Made by a program: the position numbers and the translations under genes. DNA of 64,000 nt from positions 124,001 to 188,000 of the forward strand of contig CM035354.1 of assembly GCA_020137815.1 (NCBI GenBank). Reading direction: 5' to 3'. The DNA comes from Hormiphora californensis (taxonomy: Eukaryota > Animalia > Ctenophora). Below, one piece after another: positions 12,480 to 24,425 of the stretch. Below the pieces are notes generated by a model. The model ran no database searches. It saw nothing but the letters and a program-made list of their open reading frames with translations, and had not been told where the DNA came from. Each line of letters begins with the position of its first letter. Position 1 is the first letter of the stretch.

Positions 12480-13585
12480 GAAGCCGTGGAAAACGCGCGC
12501 ACTTGGGGTCTGCAGCGCATGCCAAGGAGTGCTCTCCCCCCAAAAAAAAAAATTGGAAAGCCTTTGAAAAGTTTTAAATTTTAAATTTACAATTGCTTGA
12601 ATTCATGTCTTAGCGCTGCAATATTTGTGAAAGCAACGTAACGCGCTAATTTTGTAGTACTCTGCTGCAGAAATTAATCGGCGCGCGCGATTCAGGCGTT
12701 TTTATGCTTATTTGTTGGACCTTGGAAACGCGAATGAAATTATTGAGGCTACTTCGCGTGTTGGGGTTAGTGAATTTTGAAAACAACAATGAACAATTTT
12801 GAAAATGTTATCAGCGCAGAAAAACTCGAGAAGCAACTACGTGAATGCAAAGAAGAACTTGATCGCCACCGTCTTAGCGTGATTGAGCTTCAGCAAACGG
12901 TTATTGAAGCCCAAAAGCAACAACTAAGTGCAGTGTCAACTTCGGTGCAGAAGGTGAAAGCCTACTCTTCTGTGCTTGCACAGAATTGTGTGCTGCAAAC
13001 TCCCTAAATGGTAAAACCACTAACGTCGCACCACCCTACTCCCGTCCAACAGCCCGGAAGAGAGAAGAACCTGATTGTGTTTGGTCTCCAAGAAACAACC
13101 GATAGAGTAGCTAAAACTACTTTAGACGAACTTTTTGAGGAGCTGCAAGAGAAACCGAAAGTGACAACGATAAAACGCATCGGGGAAAGAAATGAGAAAC
13201 GTCCTAGACCGCTCTTAGTATCCCTGGAGAGGAGAGCGACTCTCCTGGCGCTTCTCAAAAAAGCACGAAACCTCAAAGACTCCAAACAGTTTTCGGCTGT
13301 TTATCTATCTCCGGATCTAACGCCCTCTGAACTGAAGGAGCAAAAAGCTCTCAGGTCCACTTTGAAACGGATACGACTAGAAGATCCAGACGGCTGCTAT
13401 TTTATCCGTAACAATGTTATCCAAGTGGGATAGTTCCCGACTAATTCACCGTTATCAGAGAACCGTGCTAGGAGCAGGCAGTCTGCTGCAGTCCCTTTCA
13501 AATGAAGGAAAACGAGTTGTCTGTAATTAAAACTGTGTCAGTGCGGGATATAAACTGTCATTTTTATTATTATTATTATTATTTT
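12480..13585 (+). mobile_element. ORF1-only non-autonomous LINE derivative (coiled coil + RRM-type ORF1, one frameshift near 13005) with (TTA)n tail
   Basis: NLIVFGLQE...RIGERNEKRPRPLLVSL...VYLSPDLTPSELKEQKALR. No ORF2 follows. GCGGGATATAAA then (tta)n at 13544-13585. Confidence 0.6.
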
Positions 13586-13874
13586 AAATTTTAATAAACA
13601 CGGGCAGTTTTGCTTGATAGTTGATGTTTTAATTGTTACGGAACCCGGGATAGGCATCTGCTGTCCGCTATATCAAGATTTAAATAGCTGGATTATTCTC
13701 TGTTCTCAAGAAACAAGTTACACAGTTATTGAACGTCGCCTTATTAAACGGCAAGAGACCTCATATTTTGAAATATAATTCTACGGACTTTTGTAAAACT
13801 TTAAACACATTTGTTGACTTATTACCTGTCAGCTGTACTAACTAATATCTTTTGAATCAGTCGGTGTAGTAGCC

Positions 13875-15679
13875 ATGGCTATGCGACGAGAGTACAAATT
13901 GGTGATTCTGGGTGCCGGTGGTGTTGGAAAATCCGCATTGACCATGCGACTCGTACAGGGTGTCTTCGTGGAAAAATATGATCCCACAATTGAGGATTTC
14001 TACCGACACCAGATGGAGGTAATTAGCTTTACGAGTTTCACAGGGCATCATTCATTTAGCAAAGAAAGGCCCCAACAACTGCTATATATTTTCTATCGGA
14101 AAAATTAATGGAGGATATTTGGTTTCCCATCTATTTAGGAGTTAGGACAAGGGTTTACACTTTTGATGTCTGCACACTGTTGTCTACATAGATGAGTCTC
14201 ATTTACCCTCTCCCCAGGTTGACAGTGTGGCTTGTACCCTCGAGATTCTGGATACCGCAGGAACGGAGCAATTTGCTGCAATGCGCCAACTTTACATTTC
14301 TAATGGACATGCCTTTGCACTTGTGTACTCCATTGACAGTCAGGCATCGTTCCTTGAACTCCAGGTAATGGGGAGACTTTTCTGTGGGCTATATTGTAAT
14401 AGGCATTGTGGCCAGAAAATTAATTGGCATTAGATCGAGATTCTGATTGAAAATATAGTTCTAAGGAACTAAGAAGGGGTACCTACTAATGAAAGATAAG
14501 AGATGGAAAGTAAGAGTAAGATTGACGTCAGAGAGATATTAATTAGAATTCTGCATGCTTCAGACGATACATCAACAAATAGTTGATGTGAAGACGTCAA
14601 GTCAGGTGGCGATGGTACTCGTGGGCAACAAATGTGACATGGAAATGGATCGGGAGGTCAGCAAGGAGCAGGTAATTAATTATTGTGTAATTAATTAATC
14701 GTAGAGTTAATTACTTTTACACCCACATTCATTGTGCCATAGATTTGGTGTACATTAACCGACATATCACTCGTCTATTCTTTTTCTTGTCACTTATAAT
14801 ACTAGTTCGCCATAACTTTCATTTGAGTAACATAGCAACATGCACAATGCACAATGCACCTGTCATCTATGTATTATACCATCTACCTGAAAAATATCAC
14901 TGCGAAACTCTCATCATATGAAGCGCAATATGGAATTCATCCACTGCTGCTGGTACATTTAAGTAGAAAGAGCTCGACCGGGAGCAATACTAATCAAATT
15001 AAAACACGAGTTTATTACAAGGCAGTAGCAGATGTCTGATAAAAAGAAGCTATGAGATTCATATCTTCTTTTTATATGACAGCTGTTACCGTCTGACATC
15101 GACCCTTATATAATCTGATTTTGATCGCTTAGTCAGACATCTTTCACTCGCTCTCTAGCTCGACTGAGTACTATAAAAAGAAATTGGGGTTTTTTTCTGC
15201 ATCTTCTCTTTCTCTATCTTTCTTTCTCTATCTCTCTACCCTTCTCCCTCTTTAACTACTTCCCCTGAAACCGATAGACAGCTGCAGTGTGACATGATAT
15301 GCACCTCTTTCTCTCTCCCCTTCACTGCTGGGTGCACTTCTAAACTTTTAAAAATAGGCTAGATTCATTCATTTTCCAATAAATCTGCACATTAGTTCAA
15401 TTTCCGCGCCCTATTATATAACTCCATATCTAATTTTCTCTCCCCCTCTCGCCCCTCAATATCGCTTACTCTCTCCCCCATGCCTCATTCTCTCTTTCCC
15501 TCCAGGCGGATCAGCTAGCCACACGATCCTGGAACTGTGGATTCATTGAAACGAGTGCCAAGTCGGATACCAACGTCCGAGAGTTGTTCGTTGAGCTGGT
15601 CAGGAAAACAAACCAGTACATGGGAATGGGCGCCAAACCGGACAAGGTCAAGAGAAAATTCAAATGTGCTCTTCTATGA
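13875..15679 (+). CDS. Rap-family small GTPase; exons 13875-14018, 14218-14364, 14564-14671, 15506-15679
   Basis: [29 protein letters not shown] (Rap-type Thr61), NKCD, ETSAK, C-terminal CALL CAAX box. Phase-0 GT-AG introns. Confidence 0.92.
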
Positions 15680-16261
15680 TTTAGGTAAGCAAACTGACTA
15701 CTTTTTGTTTGTGTGTGTGAAGTGTGTGTCGTGAGTGGTAAAGTTAGTCTAACTTTACCACTGTTTATTTACACACACGACAATGACCCCTCCTTTTTAC
15801 AGGCGATATATGAGTGTGTGGGCGCATCTAAGCAACGCAGGAGAGAGAGAATGGACATGGATGAGAGATGGAAAGATGGAGATACGAAATTTTGAGTTGG
15901 GTTGATTGTTTTTACTACCAGAAATTCGGGCTGCTTAATTTTAATGAGTGTGCGTTTGTGTGTGTACACAAGACAAAAAAGGTCATTTATAAGTCGAGAT
16001 ATTTTACTGTTTAATAAATCATTTGACGACTTAAAACAATTTAAAAATGTTACATTCAGAAGATACAATAATAGAGTTTTGGGTCCTGTCCTTTTTTGCA
16101 TGTGAGTGATATATTGATCTCTACCTCTTTTTTGCAAGCGAAAGAAGAAGAGAGAAGAACACATATTTTTATTGCGCTCTGGAATTGTGTATTAGTGTTG
16201 TTTTTTTCTGGACACGTGTCGTAACAATAAACACGTGTATCTCAGGAACAGAGCACCTGGG

Positions 16262-17235
<974 letters not shown>

Positions 17236-17683
17236 TGGAATCGTTACACATCCAATAACGCCATCTACGGGAGACGGGGAAATAGAAGCGAGCGGGACAG
17301 AGAAAGATAGAGAAGGACGGATAGAGACACAGAGAAGGAAGGAGGGACAGAGAGGGGAGAGAAATTAATATCATCTCTGGCTCGCATCTAACTAAGTGGG
17401 GGGGGGGGTACACGGGTTCTCCGCCCCCTCACACACACACGAAGTGTACACAGTGTGTATATAACAATGCCGGAAACTGGAGCTACTAGCTGCTATTACA
17501 TGAACCATGATAGTCCATAGCAATCGGGGGGAGGGGGGGGGGGGCAACCAATCGGGGAGGGGGGGGGGGCAACTAATCATACATTGCTGCTTCCTATATT
17601 TCATTGTTCAATGTACAATTTCTAATAGCCTGCATTCTTTCTCAGCTCCATTTTCTCTTCTACGACACGACATGTACATGAGG

Positions 17684-18344
17684 CATAAACTCTGGCCACT
17701 GGCGCGTTATTTCAGATAACTTTCTCCCAGCGCGCCGCTGGGAGAAGTTAGCTGGAGTTTATCCGCCGCTGGCGGATAAACTGGTTTAAATCACGACGAC
17801 GATCCCGAGGCGGAGCCGAGGGAGAGGCGGAGGGGTTTAAACCTATAACGTGCCAGTGGTCAGAGTTTATGGGTTATATACCCTGCTTTAGTTGTTTATT
17901 TTAAGTATTACACACCAACAAGAGAGAGAACACTAATCAAAACACACAAAGAGAACTGAGAAATAGTTAAAAACACGTCACAATTGAGTGTACACTGTTT
18001 GGTAACAGTTACTAAGCAGTTGCTAAGGAAAGAGAGTGAAAGAAATAGCCTGATAAGGGGCATGTCACAAATAACACAGAGAAAGAGATAGTGAGACAAA
18101 AGGGGAGATAAAGAGAGAGTAATTGACGGAATGTGTCCTTTCTTTCTCTCCAATGTGTGTAAGTGTTGCACATAGTGTTCCCTCTGTATTTTAGTAAGAA
18201 CTGATCATTTACACACACTTTGAATGTTACGTAGGAGTTAAAAATAAATAACCTGCCAGTGGGAAATAATCTGCCGCTGGACTGGCTGTTTACTGAGAGC
18301 GCGCTAGTGGGACTGGCGCATTATTTAAGTTAGCAGGGTATATA
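17684..18344. mobile_element. Multi-hairpin non-autonomous element, possibly Crypton-like (copy 1)
   Basis: Outer stem 17684-17871 enclosing three hairpins and CCGAGGCGGAGCCGAG. tatataccctgct / agcagggtatata inverted pair. Homologous to 22144-24268. Superfamily assignment is tentative. Confidence 0.55.
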
Positions 18345-18513
18345 TGTATATATAAGTAGATCAGTTTTCACTTTTTTTACGTCAGACGAAGGTGTTATTA
18401 CACTCTGATAAAAACCCAGAATTTTCTTTGATAAGAGAACAAGGTGCGTGTGGGTTGAACTGCCTGTACCAAGCAAGCATTTCAAATGGTGACCAGCTCG
18501 ATCTGTCATAATA

Positions 18514-18677
18514 CAGGGTGTCCCACTGTCTTTGCGCAACCTGCGATTACTGGTCATGACCGGGTTCTGTCAAATTAATCAAAACCGATCAAAACGTGAT
18601 CATGAGTTTTGATTAATTTGACGGAATCCGGTCATGACCAGTAATCGCAAGTGGCGCAAAGACAGTGGGCCACCCTG
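18514..18677. mobile_element. Tc1/mariner-type MITE (TA TSD)
   Basis: ta|CAGGGTGTCCCACTGTCTTTGCGC ... GCGCAAAGACAGTGGGCCACCCTG|ta. Confidence 0.85.
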
Positions 18678-19342
18678 TAGAGCAGTTTGTTCGTTCGTAC
18701 CAGGTCAGAGACTGTCAAGTGTCAGTATAAAAAACTATCCATCTCAATCTAATAGACGATCTTTGTGACAGTGTATCTTTGTTTGTTTATATCATCAAAT
18801 CGTGTGTACATGTGTTACATAATCCTCAATACATTGCACACAAACAAACAGGTGATAGTTGGGGGTATTTGGGTCTGTGTGATTAGCATGCAGGCTAGGA
18901 TCAATACTGCACTGTGTGTTTAGAGATTAAACGGTGTATAGGTTGATAGAGGGGAGAGAGAGAGAAGAGCTCTAGAGAGAGAGGAGAGCTCTAGTGGAGG
19001 GGGCGATATTTATGTGATTTCTTCCATATAAGGTAGTCAGCCACTAAAGTCGTTCTCTGTGAGAATTTGTCGGGAGGGCTATTAGTGCAACTCCAATCCT
19101 GTCCCACTTTGGATTTAAATGTTCCCTAATTAATCTCTTGAATCTCAAAATATTCCCCTCACAATAGCGTGAATATAATCTAAATAATGTTGAATCTTTC
19201 TCAAAATAGTCCAGGGTGTGGGTGAGAGTGAGAGTCCTCATGGGAGTTCCTGTCATAACCCTGTGTTAGCGGAGAGCGAGAGGTATCTCTATCTAATAGA
19301 GCGAGAGGGCTGATACGTAGAGAGATCGGCTATCTCAGAGGA

Positions 19343-19378
<36 letters not shown>

Positions 19379-19816
19379 TCTCCTTCTCTCTTCCTCTCTC
19401 TCTCTCTCTCTTTCTTTCTTTCTCCCCCTATCTCTCTCTCTCTCTCTACCTCTCTTTCTCTACCTCTATCTCCCCCATTTATTTACCTTTCTCTTCATCA
19501 CAGCACTTTCTCGTACTTTTCTTCCTACCATGAATACACGATCGTGTCTTTCGTCTTGAACATTTCACTTTTTAGCTAAACATGTATCATGAAAGTCGCA
19601 TCATCTCTCTAAAAATATATTAAATTTTGGCTGCATCTGTCAACTGTCACCTCTAAAATATATTCATGATTGCAAGCAGATCGCACATTAGGTCAGAGCT
19701 ATCTACTATTGAGTATTGAACACTATATAATCATCTACTATGATATACGATGATGTCATTCAGTAGATCACGTCATTCATCCTACGTCATTACCCTGCAT
19801 TACCCTTCATCTTTTC

Positions 19817-19920
19817 TTGGTGACGCGGCCACCCCTACACTAGCCGCGCGCAGCGCGGCTAAACGAAGCCCGCGAAGCGGGCTGAGTGTATTATAACATA
19901 ATAGGGGATGGCATCACCAA
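19817..19920. repeat. Small two-hairpin (Y-shaped) dispersed element; second copy at 37365-37456
   Basis: TTGGTGA..CCCCTACACT [GCCGCGC-GCA-GCGCGGC] [AGCCCGC-GAA-GCGGGCT] AGTGTA..GGGG..TCACCAA in both copies. Confidence 0.75.
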
Positions 19921-20531
19921 CATCTTTTCCCGTTTTTCACATCCTAGTAATTCCCCCGAATTCTGGGACTTGTAATATGAAGTAATAATATTCTGTCGTA
20001 CATGTCAATACCAAACCGATTTGAATCTCAGACAGTACCAAACTAGGTTATATTAAGACAGAATTCTCTATCGATTAATTTTTATAATTTATGGCTATAG
20101 TTTGGTCAGATTGGATAAAAAATAAATAACTCCGAGGCAGCCGGTATTTTATGAATGACGCACGTTTTTAGCGTCACGCGAGGGAAAGCAAGCGCTTGTT
20201 CCTCTGAGTCTTAGAGCGATATTATAGACTATAGAGCAATGAGATTGTCAAGATATTTTTCTTAGAATCCAAAAAGTTAACATTTAGAGTAAGAAACTGG
20301 AGATGTTGTGTGAATGTTATAGGGGATGATGGTAGAGAGTTTCAAATTACAATTCTGTGTCCTTGTCTGGGAAAATTTACACAATTGATCCGTAACAATT
20401 TCTCCTTTTCTCCTTCCTTGACACGTAACGGTTCACTGGATCTGACATGTGATATCTCATACCTGTTGGGTTACCTCGCTTGCTGGTGAATGGTGTCAGG
20501 TGTGGCACCTGCCACCTTGATTTGTCTAGAG

Positions 20532-20640
20532 CAGGAACCGACCGAATCAGGAAATACTGGTCCCTGATTGGCTGATAACCAGTCACGTGACCTAAATAAC
20601 GAGTTCTGATTGGTTGTTTACTTAATCCGGTCGGTTCCTG
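20532..20640. mobile_element. hAT-type MITE with 8-bp TSD; internal fragment also at 28088-28161
   Basis: gtctagag|CAGGAACCGACCG ... CGGTCGGTTCCTG|gtctagag. Confidence 0.88.
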
Positions 20641-20990
20641 GTCTAGAGTATACCACCGGTCCTATATGACGGCTGATGACACAGAGTGAAGGAGGGGGAG
20701 AACCTTGTTTTTTTCAAATCATTTTTATTTTCCCGTGTGGAGAAATGTAGGGTTGAGGAAGGCGAGGAGAACGATATTGACTTTCTAGAACAAACAGCAA
20801 TGTTTCCCCTTCCAATTTTCTATTGTTCCATCTCCTTCCATTGTCACATAATACACAGTAACTTTATATCTCCTCTGTATCTACGTGTCCACGTCCCTCA
20901 GTCCCCTGAAATGTGATCAAATCACGGGATCTGCAGATACGCATAAGTGCTTTGTATATCTCTTTCTTTCTCTATCCATCTATCTCTCTC

Positions 20991-21021
<31 letters not shown>

Positions 21022-22143
21022 CGCCCTCTCGATTTAATGCAATATTAAAAATAGCGACATGACTCCCCCGTTTAATATCCGATTGGTATCACGCTAAGTG
21101 AGAGGAACAGAAAGAGGGGGATAGTGCACACTGGGTCGGGTACTTTAAGAATAGAAACACAGATTTACTTAGTTTCATCTGAAAGAGTGAGGCAGGGAGA
21201 GGTAAAACGTTTGAAATGAGTCAAACATTGATATTTCAACCCTCATATCCCTTCTTGTTTGAGTATGGAACCCCCCCCCCCCCCCCCCCAACGCATGCAC
21301 ACAACTTGTAACAGTAGCCGTCAATTGTTATCAAACCCCTGAGAGCTGAATTCTATGTGTAGCCATTGTCTCATATAAGACCGTCCTCTTCGATGTACTG
21401 TCAGTGCCTGACAATGTAGCCCTTGTTTGGCAGTCTAGCTTGGCAAGTGTAGCCCACGATTAAAAGTAAAAGGGGGACCACAACTTGGTAACATGATTTT
21501 CCGTTACCTGGAAAACTTGACGTAGCGCGCGAGTCCCTCACCTAAAAACAAATCACTCCTTCTTCGCGCGTATTAGGATCATAACGCCGCGCAGTGTTCC
21601 CTGGGATCGCGATCGGAGCTGAGAGGCCCAAACAGATCAAGATTTTAAGAAAAACCAAGTCCTCACTCTTGTTTTGTGAAATTTCCAACGGTCATTGCTC
21701 CACAGTCCACACCCTGCCTGATGAGTCATGAGATTACAAGGCCAATGTTAGGATTGTCAGGGCTCAGGCCAATGCTAGTGACAGGGTTAGGAAGAAATCG
21801 GTATGGTTTTTGTTTCGGTTTTGCCTCGCCGAATGCGCTGTAGCCCCTCATGGCGCCCTTCTCCCGCCCGGCCCTGCAGCATCAAACCACCGTTTACCTC
21901 ACAGAGCTTTAACAAATCGGCTACTATCTCACGTTTGAAAAGCGCTGCCTTATAGGGTCTGTTACAAATGCCAAGTCTCACGTCATCAGTCATTAGGCTC
22001 ACCGCTCATTTACAACATCTAAGGGCGTGGGGCTACCAACGCTTTCTTCATGCCATGGACTGGCTCAAGGGTACACCGAGTGAGCGAAAGATGGCCAGGC
22101 AAAAACCCTGGTGAAGTCATTTAGTTGGGCAAACGAATAAATG

Positions 22144-24268
22144 AACTATGAACGTTTGTAGACTGGCGCGTTATGAAGTTGGCTTTTCCCAGCGCGAGCT
22201 GGGAACAGCCAACTGGAGTTTAATCGCCCGGCAGGGCGATTAAACTGGTTTAAATCCCGACGCCGATCCCGAGGCGCTAGCCGAGGGTGAGTGGGAGGTG
22301 ATTTAAACCTATAACGCGATAGGCTAACAAACGTTCATAGTTTATGAAACCCGATAGTAATTACACGCAAATAAGAGACACAACACAAGGTGAAACACAC
22401 AAGGACTGCTGTAGTCAACAGACGTCCCCAAACTGTGTGTAGACTAACTGGCACCTAGTTGCAACTGTTCCTTACATATTTGAGTAAGAGAGAGCAAGCA
22501 CGGTGCCCCTGAAGGAAGTTCCACCTCGACCGAGTCCCCCAGCAAAACGAACGGTTGTGTGACCTAAAGGGGACCTCTGGGAACTACGGAGGACCGTGGG
22601 GGAAAAGATTTAAAAGTAGCCTAAAAAATTAAAACGATAGAAAGATAGCTATCGTTTTTTCACTTTGAAAATACGACATTTCTTTAACAAAATCCTTGAT
22701 CAGGAAGATGCAATTAGTGTCTCCCACCTATTTTTTGACGTAGAATCGAATGCCGTTGAAGTCAAATCTCTAAAATGTTAGAAAAATGGTGAAAATCGCG
22801 TTTTTAGGTGTTTTTTGGTGAAAAAATCGTTCAAACTGGTACTAGATGATGAGATAGAGTCCCAAAAGTATGACAAATCGCTTTTTTGGGACCTTTTCGC
22901 CCTAGAAACAGATTTTTATGAAAATCTAGTTCAGCGCCTATTCTCTGTATACTTTCAAAGAAGGTGAATATTGCTCTAATTTAGCCAATTTTGAAGAAAA
23001 GTCATCCAAAACAGTACTAGATGATGAGATAGTGGCCCAAAAATATAACTAATCGATTTTTTGGGTCTTTTCCGTCCTAGAAACAAATTTGCATGGCGGT
23101 CGGATGATAAGTTTCCTCTCGGTAGGCCTCTGAAGTAGGTGGAAATAGCCAAAATATAGCGATTGCGGCAAATGAATGTGAATAAACGTTTACCAAACCC
23201 ACTTCATCATCATGTATGGCTCTTGCATAGTCCAGTAGCCCAGAGATAGGTCAAACATGATGCTAAAGTGGGTTTGGTCAACGTTTATTCACATTCATTT
23301 GCCGCAATCGCTATATTTTGGCTATTTCCACCTAGTGCAAATTTGTTTCTAGGACGGAAAAGACCCAAAAAATCGATTAGTTATATTTTTGGGCCACTAT
23401 CTCATCATCTAGTACTGTTTTGGATGACTTTTCTTCAAAATTGGCTAAATTAGAGCAATATTCACCTTCTTTGAAAGTATACAGAGAATAGGCGCTGAAC
23501 TAGATTTTCATAAAAATCTGTTTCTAGGGCGAAGAGGTCCCAAAAAAGCGATTTGTCATACTTTTGGGACTCTATCTCATCATCTAGTACCAGTTTGAAC
23601 GCTTTTTTCACCAAAAAACACCTAAAAACGCGATTTTCACCATTTTTCTAACATTTTAGAGATTTGACTTCAACGGCATTCGATTCTACGTCAAAAAATA
23701 GGTGGGAGACACTTGCATCTTCCTGATCAAGGATTTTGTTAAAGAAATGTCGTATTTTCAAAGTGAAAAAAACGATAGCTATCTTTCTATCGTTTTAATT
23801 TTTTAGGCTACTTTTAAATCTTTTCCCCCACGGTCCTCCGTAGTTCCCAGAGGTCCCCTTTAGGTCACACAACCGTTCGTTTTGCTGGGGGACTCGGTCG
23901 AGGTGGAACTTCCTTCAGGGGCACCGTGCAAGATTGGGGCCAATACACACATTGAGAGATATTGAACAGTAAAAGAGAGAATGAGAGAGAGAAACGAATG
24001 GAATGCGATTATTTTGTCTCTTGATGAGAGAGATAACATTGAAAAGTGTTGCAGATGTGTTCCCCTCTCTGTTATTGACAGAACTGTGTGTTTACACACA
24101 TTTTCATTACTTGGAAATTTACACGCATGTTATGAAAATGAAGAGAAACGCGTGAAAAAGGGCACTGGTCTGATAAATAGCGAGCAGGGTGTTAAATCCC
24201 CCAGCTCGCAGTTATCGAGTGCGCGTAAAATGTTCAAAAGACTGATAAATCAGCTATCGGGTTTCATA
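22144..24268. mobile_element. Multi-hairpin element (copy 2, diverged), interrupted by the 22499-23928 insertion
   Basis: Same stem architecture as 17684-18344. tatgaaacccgatag / ctatcgggtttcata inverted pair. Internal similarity (aagtgttgca...gttccc...agaactg...tttacacaca). Confidence 0.55.
22499..23928. mobile_element. Non-autonomous foldback element, Chapaev/Transib-like (CAC...GTG ends, 4-bp TSD, ~600-bp TIRs)
   Basis: caag|CACGGTGCCCCTGAAGG ... CCTTCAGGGGCACCGTG|caag. Arms near-identical, with an internal second inverted pair. Confidence 0.8.
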
Positions 24269-24425
24269 CGATGTTGAAAACGCCACTGGCGTCGCCAGTA
24301 CCCTTAAGTACAATTACAATCAACTTTATTAAAGACAGGTTTTTTAGGAGTAATAAAAAGCAATGTTTTACAAAAAAGTTTTACAAAAGTATACAAATCA
24401 AATACATATTAAGCAAATGTAATTG

